From Promethearchaeota archaeon (lineage in GTDB: Archaea; Asgardarchaeota; Lokiarchaeia; Sigyniarchaeales; SOKP01): DNA of 64,000 nucleotides. Every line of letters begins with the position of its first letter. Within the stretch, counting starts at the first letter, position 1. Below are positions 49,867-59,868 of the stretch, piece by piece. Position numbers and translations under genes: made by a program. The notes under the pieces are model-generated. The model did not search any database. It saw only the letters and a list, made by a program, of their open reading frames with translations, and was not told the origin of the DNA. The stretch is taken from assembly GCA_019058295.1 (NCBI GenBank), contig JAHPZI010000023.1, forward strand, positions 1 to 64,000. The letters run 5' to 3'.

Positions 49867-51789
49867 ATGGCTGATTTGAGGTTTAAAAATATGGATAAAA
49901 ATATTAATGTTTATTGGCAAAAATTTGATGAAAAAAGAGAAAAAGAAGAAATCCAAGGGGAACATAGAAATTGGTTTGTAAAATTACTGACTAACAGACC
50001 TTTTTTTGTCATACATGCTTTTCTCTACCTCTGTGTTAATGGTTTCCTTATTATGATTTGGCTTCTAAGTTTACGATTTACGGGATTAACATATTTTTGG
50101 CCATTTCATTCAATGTTCGGTTGGGGTTTCGGACTTGGTTTTCATATGGTCTCATATGTTATGTACAATGACAAGTCCGAATATCTCATATATGTCAGGC
50201 AACAATCAAATTACATAATGACGTTCGTTTATCATGCGTTTTTCTATATTTCTATTAATCTCTACCTATTTTTATTAAATCTAATTGATTTAACTTTTAT
50301 TTGGTTTACATGGACCTTGGGAATGTGGGGGATTGTTTTTATTTATCATGCTATTGGATTTTTTACATGGAATAAAATTTTTGATAACCAATGGAAAAAA
50401 CTACGTCCCAAATATCAAGAATATCCAAAAAATAAATTAAAAAGTAAGATAAAATATAAAATTGGTCACTTCTGGCTGGTATTGGTTCATTTAACATATT
50501 TTATAGTAACTTTCATAATAGTAAATATATTTGTATTTGTAGGTACCGGTCTGGGACAAGTGGAGCGATTGCTAATTGCCGAAATATTTGTTAATTGGGG
50601 GATTTATTTAGCCTTACATGCATTTGGATACCTCCTTTTCTATCATATAGAATTTATAAAATCAGTGTTTAAAGGATTAATTTTACATGTATCAATTTAT
50701 GCTATATTTAACGGACAGCAAATTTATGAAAATAGTGAATCTAAACTCTATATGAATTGGTTAATTTATTTAATGACTTTATGGGCAATAGTAATTATCG
50801 TTCATCTAATTATTTGTATAAAATGGGAGAAATTAGTAGATAAAGAACAAGTAAGGGTTAAAACAAATTACGATGGAACGGAAAGGAAAAAAATAGATTT
50901 ATTTTGGTCTGGATTTTCTCATGAAGCGATTTCACGTAAAGAAATTAATCGTGAAGAAATTTCTCAGGAATTGACTCTCTTCCTTGAAGATGATGTACGT
51001 TCTATAGCAAAAGGGATAATAATCTGGAAATGGTCTTTTATATCTCATGTATTTATCTATATCGTCAGTCTGATTATCATTGGTATAAATCTTGCCGCTC
51101 TAGGGATCAACCTTGTGCTATTAATCCATCCAGCAATGGGATGGTTGATTGGAGTAGCCGCTCACGGAGCTATTTTCTATATTATCCAAAAACCAATAAA
51201 AGGATTTTTTTCTTATACTGCTTTCCTTCATTTGACTGTTTACATAGTTACAAGTATATATTTAGTGATTCTCAATGTGTTGTTTGCACCTGGAACCCTT
51301 TGGAGTCTAATTGCGATTTTAGGATGGGGGATCGGGATAGGAATCCATCTTATATTGATGTTTATAACAATAGAAAGCAGAGAAATTAAAAAGGAAGAAA
51401 CCCCTTATTTATCAAAAGGTGTATTATTCTGGAAATGGTCCTTTATAATTCACTTTTTTATCTATATAACCTGCTTGGTTATCATTGGCATAAGCCTAGC
51501 AGTTGGAGGTGAGAATCTATTATTATTGATTCATCCAGCAATGGGATGGTTAATAGGAGTGGCTGCTCACGGTGCTATTTACTTTTCAGTTCAGAAACCT
51601 ATTAAAGGCTTTTTAAGCTATACAGCCTTCCTTCATCTAATAATTTATATAGTAACATGCATATATTTGGTCATTCTAAATGCGATTTTCGCTCCTGAAT
51701 TCCCATGGAGTGCAATCGCAATTGGAGGATGGGGCATAGGTATGGGATTTCATTTATTATTAGCGCATTTGATAAAAAAAGAGGATTAA
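49867..51789 (+). CDS. Membrane protein with ~8 tandem 2TM-domain hairpins
   Basis: Repeated H..Y..(N)....WG.G...H units. Confidence 0.8.
   Translation: MADLRFKNMDKNINVYWQKFDEKREKEEIQGEHRNWFVKLLTNRPFFVIHAFLYLCVNGFLIMIWLLSLRFTGLTYFWPFHSMFGWGFGLGFHMVSYVMYNDKSEYLIYVRQQSNYIMTFVYHAFFYISINLYLFLLNLIDLTFIWFTWTLGMWGIVFIYHAIGFFTWNKIFDNQWKKLRPKYQEYPKNKLKSKIKYKIGHFWLVLVHLTYFIVTFIIVNIFVFVGTGLGQVERLLIAEIFVNWGIYLALHAFGYLLFYHIEFIKSVFKGLILHVSIYAIFNGQQIYENSESKLYMNWLIYLMTLWAIVIIVHLIICIKWEKLVDKEQVRVKTNYDGTERKKIDLFWSGFSHEAISRKEINREEISQELTLFLEDDVRSIAKGIIIWKWSFISHVFIYIVSLIIIGINLAALGINLVLLIHPAMGWLIGVAAHGAIFYIIQKPIKGFFSYTAFLHLTVYIVTSIYLVILNVLFAPGTLWSLIAILGWGIGIGIHLILMFITIESREIKKEETPYLSKGVLFWKWSFIIHFFIYITCLVIIGISLAVGGENLLLLIHPAMGWLIGVAAHGAIYFSVQKPIKGFLSYTAFLHLIIYIVTCIYLVILNAIFAPEFPWSAIAIGGWGIGMGFHLLLAHLIKKED
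51025..51756 (+). repeat. Internal duplication (~110 aa, 405-nt offset) in the 2TM protein
   Basis: WKWSF..LIHPAMGWLIGVAAHGAI..QKPIKGF.SYTAFLHL occurs twice (51025 and 51430). Confidence 0.9.
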
Positions 51790-51796
51790 ATCTGCA

Positions 51797-52969
51797 ATGG
51801 AAATAAAACCTGAGGTAAAGAGTCCTACTAGATTACTTTTTATTGATAATCTAAGGATTTTATTAACAATCTTGGTAATAATGCAGCATACAATGATTAC
51901 CTATGGAGCTTTAGGAAGTTGGTATTTTAAGGATCCCAATACTGATGAATTTACCAGCATCATTTTGACGATTTTTGCAATATTTGATCAAGGTTTCTTT
52001 ATGGCGTTATTTTTTTTTATCAGTGCATATTTTGTCCCTGGAAGTTATGACCGCAAGGGAGCGCGAAAATTCCTAAAAGATAGATTTATACGCTTAGGAA
52101 TCCCTCTAATACTGTACGTAATTATTGTGAATCCTTTAATATTATATCTTTTATATATATTACCAAGTCAAGGAATATCTTTTTTTGAATATTATTTAAC
52201 TAATTTTCAATCAATAGAAGCATTTTTAGATTATATCGGTGGAAATGGACCATTATGGTTTGTTTTAATGCTTTTAATATTAGCGGTTTTTTATTGTATT
52301 GTATACCTCATAGTTCCTAAAAATTCTGAAGAGTTTGTTGAGAAAAAACCACCACGCAACGCATTGCTCGTAATAATTTGTATCATTATGGGTGTTTTAA
52401 CCTTCCTAGTTCGATTAGTATTCCCTGCAGGTGGCGGTGATACATTTTTTAATATTCAACTCTGTTACATTATTCAATATATTATTATGTTTACTTTAGG
52501 TGTAGAAGCATATAAAAGAGATTGGTTTCGAAATATTTCTGATTCCCAGGGAAATTTTTGGTTTTTAATTGTACTAGTTTCCCTCGTATTTTTCTTTGTT
52601 ATTGGTTCTCTTGGAGGTGCTTTTGAAGGAAATAATGAACCGTTTACGGGTGGATTTCGTTGGCAAGCGTTTGCTTATGCTATGTGGGAATCATTTTATT
52701 GTATGGGAATGTGTATTGGATTGATAACGTTATTTAGAAGGAAATTTAATCAACAAGGAAAAGTTACAAAAAACCTATCCGCAAACGCATATGCTATTTA
52801 TATCATACACGCTCCAGTTTTAATTTTTATATCAATTTTATTCCTATTTATTCTTATTCCCGCGTTTTTAAAATTCATAATTGTACTTCCAATCGTCCTA
52901 TTAATTTGTCTCTTTATAAGTCACTTTATCCTTAGAAAGATCCCTGGAGCGAAAAGAGTACTTGGATGA
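51797..52969 (+). CDS. Acyltransferase family 3 (OpgC/MdoC-like) membrane protein
   Basis: IDNLR..H, FFMALFFFISAYF, DRFIRLGIP, GPLWF and YAIYIIH. Confidence 0.9.
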   Translation: MEIKPEVKSPTRLLFIDNLRILLTILVIMQHTMITYGALGSWYFKDPNTDEFTSIILTIFAIFDQGFFMALFFFISAYFVPGSYDRKGARKFLKDRFIRLGIPLILYVIIVNPLILYLLYILPSQGISFFEYYLTNFQSIEAFLDYIGGNGPLWFVLMLLILAVFYCIVYLIVPKNSEEFVEKKPPRNALLVIICIIMGVLTFLVRLVFPAGGGDTFFNIQLCYIIQYIIMFTLGVEAYKRDWFRNISDSQGNFWFLIVLVSLVFFFVIGSLGGAFEGNNEPFTGGFRWQAFAYAMWESFYCMGMCIGLITLFRRKFNQQGKVTKNLSANAYAIYIIHAPVLIFISILFLFILIPAFLKFIIVLPIVLLICLFISHFILRKIPGAKRVLG

Positions 52970-52999
52970 TATTCAACAAGCTTTCTAAATCTATTTTTA

Positions 53000-53983
53000 T
53001 TATATCTCAACTAGAATTTTAACAAATTTTCTCTCACCGGGCTCAAGAAATTTCTCAAAAGCTTTCTGAATATCCTTCAATGGTACAACTTCAGAAATAA
53101 ATTCATTCGCATCTACCTTACCTTTAGCAAATAAATCAATGGCCTCCAAAATATCTTGTGTGTCATGTCCTAAGCAACCTTTTAAATTAATTTCCTTAGA
53201 ATTAATCATAAACATAGGGAATAAAATATTTCCTTTCTGAATACCCTCCAACAATATTGTTCCGCCCTTTTTTATGAGTTCTACCGCCATTATTAAGGTC
53301 TTTTCAATTCCAACGCAATCAAAAATAAAAGTTGGTGCTCCATTTTTTTTAATGAATTTCTTAATTTTCACCTTACTTGGCGGAAATGCATCAGTTGCAC
53401 CAATATTTTTTGCTTTTTCTCTTAAAAATTCATGAGGTTCAACTACAACAATATAATTAGGATTTTTTTCGATTAATAGTGCTTTAAGAAACGTCAATCC
53501 AATATTTCCGCCTCCCATTATCACAATATTTTGATTTTCTTCTATGTTCGACAATTTCATAGCCCTAGTTGCATTCGCAAAAGACTCAATCATAGCAGCA
53601 TCCCTAAATGACACATTTTTAGGGATGTGAAATAAATATTTTTTTGGTACTCTAACATATTCAGCGAATCCACCATCATTAAAGATCCCTAGACCATCTA
53701 ATTTTCCCCCCTCACTAATATCAAGAGATACATTTATCCCACAAACTCTTTCCCCAATTTTTACATCTTTTATATTTGCGCCAACTTCTACAACCTCTCC
53801 TGCGAGTTCATGTCCCATTATTAAAGGAACTTGATACATTTTATATTTAAAGTTAGTTATATCGCTTCCACAAATGCCACAATAATGAGATTTCACTAAG
53901 ATTTCATCAGTTCCAATTTTTGGTTTAGGATAATCTTCCCTATAAACAATTTTTCTTATATCTTCAAAAATAGCTGCCTTAAT
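53000..53983 (-). CDS. Zinc-binding (MDR) dehydrogenase
   Basis: CGICGSD, GHE and GGGNIG; the frame extends to ATT-AAG-GCA-GCT ([M]KAAIF) at 53983, two codons after an in-frame TAA. Confidence 0.88.
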   Translation of the reverse strand: MKAAIFEDIRKIVYREDYPKPKIGTDEILVKSHYCGICGSDITNFKYKMYQVPLIMGHELAGEVVEVGANIKDVKIGERVCGINVSLDISEGGKLDGLGIFNDGGFAEYVRVPKKYLFHIPKNVSFRDAAMIESFANATRAMKLSNIEENQNIVIMGGGNIGLTFLKALLIEKNPNYIVVVEPHEFLREKAKNIGATDAFPPSKVKIKKFIKKNGAPTFIFDCVGIEKTLIMAVELIKKGGTILLEGIQKGNILFPMFMINSKEINLKGCLGHDTQDILEAIDLFAKGKVDANEFISEVVPLKDIQKAFEKFLEPGERKFVKILVEI

Positions 53984-54062
53984 AGTTTAATCATCTTTAA
54001 GCAATGATATATAATAAAGAAAAAAAGATATGAATAATTAGTTATAAGATTCTATTATGTAA

Positions 54063-55235
54063 TTATTTCATTTCAACCCATTTTTCAGATTTCAATAGCT
54101 CACATGGAGTGAAATATTTTTTGCCTGTCATCTCTACGAGTTCATTTAAAGTTTCGACTTGTTTGGCGGAATTATTTACATTTGGACCCATTATGCCGGG
54201 CATATTCATTCCTGCCATTAATACTTGATCTATCACTTCCCAACTCGTGGTTACTCCTTCTTCTAAAACTCGGCAACCCTCATTTAACATAATTGCTATG
54301 GGATACCCAAGTTTCATCAATCTAGCTTTTCCAGCAGATCTATCTGGTTTAGGTTGTCCTTGAGACCAATCGTGAAATCCTTGTCCTGTTTTTTTTCCCA
54401 GTTTACCTTCATTAAATAATTGAGTTATAACTTTCCCTGGGGCAAAATCAGGTGAGAGCGTTTTTGAATAATAATTTAGCCCATGATATAATGTATCAAT
54501 ACCTACATAATCTGCTAACACACATGTTGGCATAGGTCCGCGTGTGTCATTATCTAGCGCTTTCCATGAGATTCCTTTCTCCGCACATAAGTCAAATACA
54601 TAATTTTGATAAATTTGAGCAGGAGCAGTCACTCTGTTACAAATAAATCCGGGTCTATCCTTTAATACCTTCGCAATATATCTTTTGCCTTTAAGACAAG
54701 GTAATTTTTCTGCGAACGCAATGGCATTTTCAATACTCTCATCAGAACTCTTATCACCATAGATTACTTCTATTAATCTCATTAAAGGTACAGGATTAAA
54801 AAAATGCATTCCTATACATTTATCTGGTCTATTGGTTGCAGTCGCCATTTCTGTTATGGACATCGTAGAAGTATTTGAGGCAATAATACAATGGGCAGGA
54901 GCATTCTCATCACATGTTTTAAAAACTTGTTTTTTAACGTCCATGTTCTCGACAACAGCCTCAATAATTATATCTGCATCTTTAACTGCGGATGCTATGT
55001 CTGTGGATTTCTTACACTTTGCCATTATATCAGCGGCTGATTCACTTAAGGCACCTTTAGCTTCAAGTTTTTTCATACCTGCTTCTATATTGGCATAACC
55101 AGCATCAACAAATTCGTCTTTAATATCGACTAATGTAACATTTAAGCCAACCATTAAAGAGACTTGTCCAATACCATTGCCCATTTGGCCCGCACCAACT
55201 ACAACAACATTTTTAATATCAACCATCTTTTTCAA
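54063..55235 (-). CDS. 3-hydroxyacyl-CoA dehydrogenase (duplicated C-terminal domain)
   Basis: GAGQMG, EAVVE, SNTST, HFFNP and PGFICNR; probable start is the ATG at 55226. Confidence 0.92.
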   Translation of the reverse strand: MKKMVDIKNVVVVGAGQMGNGIGQVSLMVGLNVTLVDIKDEFVDAGYANIEAGMKKLEAKGALSESAADIMAKCKKSTDIASAVKDADIIIEAVVENMDVKKQVFKTCDENAPAHCIIASNTSTMSITEMATATNRPDKCIGMHFFNPVPLMRLIEVIYGDKSSDESIENAIAFAEKLPCLKGKRYIAKVLKDRPGFICNRVTAPAQIYQNYVFDLCAEKGISWKALDNDTRGPMPTCVLADYVGIDTLYHGLNYYSKTLSPDFAPGKVITQLFNEGKLGKKTGQGFHDWSQGQPKPDRSAGKARLMKLGYPIAIMLNEGCRVLEEGVTTSWEVIDQVLMAGMNMPGIMGPNVNNSAKQVETLNELVEMTGKKYFTPCELLKSEKWVEMK

Positions 55236-55449
55236 TCTCTTTAACTTATTTTAAATCTAAATTGTAAGATAGGATCAATAATTTATTGCTAATTATAATG
55301 TTTAACAATTTGATCGATTTAAAAAAAAGCATTCTTTTATTATCTTTCTCAATAGAATTTCAATGAAAAGTTTTTATGATCTAATAATTTTACTCAATTA
55401 CTTAATCATAAACTAATATGGAAATAAAAAAAAAAGGAAAAGATAAATT

Positions 55450-56484
55450 ATGGTAATTAAAACAAAAATAACTGAAATGTTTGGGATTAAGCACCCCATC
55501 ATTTTAGCGCCGATGGGTCCATTTTACATTACAAAGCTTTGCATCGCGGTAGCTGAAGCCGGGGGTCTTGGCGTTTTAAGCCATACAAACCTCTTTGGGA
55601 AAAGTTCAATTGATGAAATGAAGGAAAATATGTTAGAAGTAATTGAACATACTGATAAACCCTTTGGATTCAATATACGCACAGCTCGTATGCAGCCTGA
55701 CGCAAAAACCCTATGTCGTCAAATTCCAAGGTTTATAGCGAGGAATCCTAAACTCCGGGAACAATGTATCTATGCAATTACGAGTGCTGGAAGCTCAAGA
55801 ATGTTACCTGAAACGAAATCCTTTATAGAGTTAAGAGCCCAAACGAATATCAAACATGTTCATGTATCTCCTGTTGCATGGTTAGCTGAGAAGAGTGTTC
55901 AATCTGGCGTGGACGCAATAGTAGTTACGGGAACTGAAGGTGGAGGTCATCAATCCTATGAAAAAGTATCAACTCTCGTATTGATTCAGGAATTAACAAA
56001 GAAATTCCCTGATTTGCCGATAATAGCGTGCGGAGGTTTCGCAACGGGTGCTGGACTTGCTGCTGCTCTTTCAATGGGCGCTAGTGCAATCGCAATGGGT
56101 TCGAGATTTATCGCAAGTAAGGAAAGTGAATTCAATGATGCATATAAGAACATAGTGCCTCCTGCTAAAAGCGACGATACTGACTTAGTTACAGGATTCC
56201 TTGGCCCTATTAGGTTGTGGAAGAATAATTATTGCAAGAGTCATGGATTAGTCGCAAGTAAAGAAGAAAAATTAGCAGAAGAATCTTCTTTTTCATTAGA
56301 AGATATCATAGAAGATGGTAAACACTACGAAATGATTTACGATGGCAATATTGATGACGGAGCTGTATTGTTAGGGCAATCTATTGGGCTTATAGATAGT
56401 ATCGATAGTGTCAAGGATATTATTGATAGTATTATCGCAGGTGCTGAGAAAAACCTAAAAAGAGCAACATCATTAATCCAGTAA
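55450..56484 (+). CDS. Nitronate monooxygenase / FabK-like FMN oxidoreductase
   Basis: PIILAPM, AGGLG, GTEGGGH, ACGG and MGSRF. Confidence 0.9.
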   Translation: MVIKTKITEMFGIKHPIILAPMGPFYITKLCIAVAEAGGLGVLSHTNLFGKSSIDEMKENMLEVIEHTDKPFGFNIRTARMQPDAKTLCRQIPRFIARNPKLREQCIYAITSAGSSRMLPETKSFIELRAQTNIKHVHVSPVAWLAEKSVQSGVDAIVVTGTEGGGHQSYEKVSTLVLIQELTKKFPDLPIIACGGFATGAGLAAALSMGASAIAMGSRFIASKESEFNDAYKNIVPPAKSDDTDLVTGFLGPIRLWKNNYCKSHGLVASKEEKLAEESSFSLEDIIEDGKHYEMIYDGNIDDGAVLLGQSIGLIDSIDSVKDIIDSIIAGAEKNLKRATSLIQ

Positions 56485-56622
56485 ATCAATCATTATTCGT
56501 AAATTAAATATAACACCCATATTTTTTTTATTTTTTTAAGGTTTTTTATAGCAATTATAATGATATAAATATAAGGTAAATACTAAATTAAAATAATATA
56601 ATAACACATATTTTGAAAAAAA

Positions 56623-57741
56623 ATGTCCGAAAATATAGATAGAGAATATAAAAAAGCCGCTCAGATAATTAATAGCGCTGGAGGAACACCATTTCCTCTG
56701 ACTGATACTTTAATTGAGATACTTAAACGTCTTGTAAAAGCAGAACACTTAAGTTTTATAAGGGCGTTTAGAAAAAAAAAATCTCAGACTATGGAACAGT
56801 TAAAGGAGTCTAGCGGGTTATCTGAAGAAGAAATTGAGGAAAAAGTAAAAGTTTTAGCAAAAATAGGATTAATTTTTAATCAGCCTAGTAGTCAAGGAGT
56901 TATGGTTTACAGACTTATGCCGTTTGTTAACGTTGGAATCTTTGAATATACGTTTATGAAAGAATTAGAAGATACTCCAGAAAATAGGGAAATAGCTCAA
57001 TTGTTTGGCAAACTAAGAAGGGAAATGAAAGAACGTTTAACTGGAAATTATGATGCACTAGTTTCTTTTCTCAAGAAAATGCCACCTATAGATCGTACAA
57101 TCTCAGTTAGAGAAAACAAAGCTACCGGAAAAGACATTATTATTGATCAAGAAATAGAGGTTGGAGAACAAAAAGTTTTACTTACCCAAACGGTAGAAGA
57201 ATTAATCGAAAAATTCGATGATATTGCAGTAGGACATTGCTTTTGCCGACACCATAAAGATTTATTAGATGATCCATGTAAACAAACTGATTTAAGAGAG
57301 AATTGTTTTACTTTTGGAAAATCAGCACGATTTACTACAGAGCAAGGATTTGCACGAATGGTAAGTAAAAAAGAAGCTTTAGAAATCCTCAAAAAATCAG
57401 AGGAAGATGGATTGGTACATAAAGCATATCATGCAAATTTTGATTTAAAAAGAGATGAAACCAGCATATGTAACTGCTGTAACTGCTGTTGTGGACAAGT
57501 AGGGGGGCCTACAGTGAATTATACAAATTATATTTCTCAAGTGAATCAAGAAATTTGCGTAGGCTGTGGAACTTGTGTCGAACATTGTCATACAAAAGCA
57601 ATGAAATTGAATGATGATGGAAAAGCAGAAAGTACAGAGGATCTTTGTATAGGATGCGGAGTATGTGCTTACTTCTGCCCTGAAAATGCAATATCTCTTA
57701 TTGAAAATCCAAGAAAAGTAGTAATAGCTCCACAAACTTAA
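56623..57741 (+). CDS. wHTH-like plus Cys-rich 4Fe-4S dicluster protein
   Basis: CFCR, ICNCCNCCC, CVGCGTCVEHC and CIGCGVCAYFCP. Confidence 0.88.
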   Translation: MSENIDREYKKAAQIINSAGGTPFPLTDTLIEILKRLVKAEHLSFIRAFRKKKSQTMEQLKESSGLSEEEIEEKVKVLAKIGLIFNQPSSQGVMVYRLMPFVNVGIFEYTFMKELEDTPENREIAQLFGKLRREMKERLTGNYDALVSFLKKMPPIDRTISVRENKATGKDIIIDQEIEVGEQKVLLTQTVEELIEKFDDIAVGHCFCRHHKDLLDDPCKQTDLRENCFTFGKSARFTTEQGFARMVSKKEALEILKKSEEDGLVHKAYHANFDLKRDETSICNCCNCCCGQVGGPTVNYTNYISQVNQEICVGCGTCVEHCHTKAMKLNDDGKAESTEDLCIGCGVCAYFCPENAISLIENPRKVVIAPQT

Positions 57742-57874
57742 AATTTTATTTCTTTTTATATTAATTTTTTAATAGAAAAAAGAAAAATAATAACAAAGGA
57801 TATTTTTATTAAAACTATATAGTTCATTATTAAAAAAAATAAAGAAGTAATTATTAATATGAGTAGTGTTTTAA

Positions 57875-58804
57875 GTGAAACCTAATATCCTTACTGATGA
57901 AAAAGTAATTATAACCGTCGCAATTACAGGTGGGGCACATGGGAAATGGGCAAATCCCAATTTACCTATAACTGCAGAAGAACAAGCGAGAGATGCTTTA
58001 GAGTGCTATGAAGCAGGTGCATCGGTATGCCATATCCATGTAAGAGACGATGCGGAATGGGCTACTCCTGATCTAAAATATTATAATAAAACAGTGAATT
58101 TAATTAAAGAAAAGTGTCCAATTATTACTCAAATAGGTAATGGAATTGGCGTTCGTCTAGAATATGGAGTTAAGGTAAGTAAGAAAGGTAAAAGATATGG
58201 TCAAGCTTTTAAATTTGCCACATTAGACGAAAGACTTAATTTATTAAATATGAATCCACAGCCTGATATGTTTACTATAAATGCTGGCACGTTTGAATTT
58301 AGAACAGTTACAAGAGGTATGGGAACCGCATTTATTTTTGATAATCCTTTGGAGTTTAATATAAAGTATATTAAAAGATGTAAAGAACTTGGAGCTGGTA
58401 TAGAAATTGAAGCCTATGATATAAGTCACATAGAGAATATTATGGAGTTAGTTGATTTGGGTGTATTTGAGCAAGATGAAAAGCTTCATTTTAGTCTCGT
58501 ATTAGGAATTCAAGGTGGTGCTCCAGCAACAGTCAATAATTTAATTCATATGGTTGACAGAATACCTGAAGGCTCTACTTGGCAAGTAGTGACAATAAGC
58601 AAATATCACCTTAGAACAACGGTAATTGCTATGTGTATGGGTGGTAATATCAGAACAGGTCTTGAAGATACAATTTATTATCAAAAAGGTGAGCCAGTTA
58701 AAAGCAATGCTCAGCTAGTCAAACGGATGGTTAGAATTGCCCGTGAGCTTGGTAGAGAACCTGCTACTGTTGATGAAGCCAAAGAAATTTTAAATTTAAA
58801 ATAA
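57875..58804 (+). CDS. Beta-keto acid cleavage enzyme (3-keto-5-aminohexanoate cleavage/DUF849 family)
   Basis: ITVAITG, HIHVRD, EAYD, RTGLED and SNAQLV. Confidence 0.93.
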   Translation: MKPNILTDEKVIITVAITGGAHGKWANPNLPITAEEQARDALECYEAGASVCHIHVRDDAEWATPDLKYYNKTVNLIKEKCPIITQIGNGIGVRLEYGVKVSKKGKRYGQAFKFATLDERLNLLNMNPQPDMFTINAGTFEFRTVTRGMGTAFIFDNPLEFNIKYIKRCKELGAGIEIEAYDISHIENIMELVDLGVFEQDEKLHFSLVLGIQGGAPATVNNLIHMVDRIPEGSTWQVVTISKYHLRTTVIAMCMGGNIRTGLEDTIYYQKGEPVKSNAQLVKRMVRIARELGREPATVDEAKEILNLK

Positions 58805-58875
58805 TATATTTTTCTTATTAATTTTATTATTATCTTGAATATAATGAATTTAGTTTAAATTAATTTATTTAAAAA

Positions 58876-59826
58876 GTGGTAAATTTGAATTTAAGTGAAA
58901 TAAAACGAGTTTTGGTTGTTGGAGCAGGTACGATGGGTCATTCTATCGCACAGGTTTATGCTCAATCTGGAATTGAAGTTGATTTAGTTGACTTAAAGCA
59001 AGAAATACTTGATTCTGCAATTAAAAAAATCAAATTAAATTTAAATCTATTAGCTGAATATGAGCGTGTTCCTCGAGATGAAATTCCTGCTATTATAAAT
59101 CGTATTAATCCCTTAACTAATCTTGAGACAGCAGCGAAAAGAGCAAACCTAATCGTAGAGGCTGTGAGTGAAAATCGTGAAATTAAAAGGAAAGTTTATT
59201 CTCAATTAGATGAATTTTGTTCTGAAGATACGATTTTAGCAAGCAACACATCAGAATTGAATATATTTAACGTTGCTAATATTAAAAATCCTGAAAGATT
59301 AATAATTCAACACTGGTTTAGGCCACCGCACATAATACCTTTAGTTGAAATAGTTGCTGGGCGTAAAACATCTCCAGAAATAATCGATTTATCTTTCAAT
59401 TTGTTGAAGAAACTTGGTAAAACCCCAATCATTTTAAAAAAATTCACAAATGCCTTCATTGTAAATAAAATCCAACAAGCTATCAATTCTGCGGTGTTTG
59501 GTCTTTTAGTGAGAGGAATTGCCACTCCTGAACAGATTGATCTAGCAGTAAAAACTAGTTTCAGTTTACGATTACCTATTGTTGGTGTAGTTCAAAATCT
59601 AGATTTTGTTGGACTCGATGTACTATCAGATGTACTTAAAAATATGGGGTTAGAACTGTCCCTCATTAAAAATAATGTAGAGCAGGGAAATTTTGGAGTA
59701 AAAACATCTAAGGGAATATACGACTATAGTGGGCGTAGTGAGGAAGAAATACTTAGAAAGAAAGACGAAAAGTATCTTAAAATTCTCGATTTTCTTGAAA
59801 AAATAAATGCCTTTGAACCGGTTTAA
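58876..59826 (+). CDS. 3-hydroxyacyl-CoA dehydrogenase family protein
   Basis: GAGTMG, EAVSE, SNTS and HWFRPPHIIPLVE. Confidence 0.9.
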   Translation: MVNLNLSEIKRVLVVGAGTMGHSIAQVYAQSGIEVDLVDLKQEILDSAIKKIKLNLNLLAEYERVPRDEIPAIINRINPLTNLETAAKRANLIVEAVSENREIKRKVYSQLDEFCSEDTILASNTSELNIFNVANIKNPERLIIQHWFRPPHIIPLVEIVAGRKTSPEIIDLSFNLLKKLGKTPIILKKFTNAFIVNKIQQAINSAVFGLLVRGIATPEQIDLAVKTSFSLRLPIVGVVQNLDFVGLDVLSDVLKNMGLELSLIKNNVEQGNFGVKTSKGIYDYSGRSEEEILRKKDEKYLKILDFLEKINAFEPV

Positions 59827-59868
59827 ATATCAATTAAAGTATTTTAAAAAAAAGGATAATGTTAAGAA

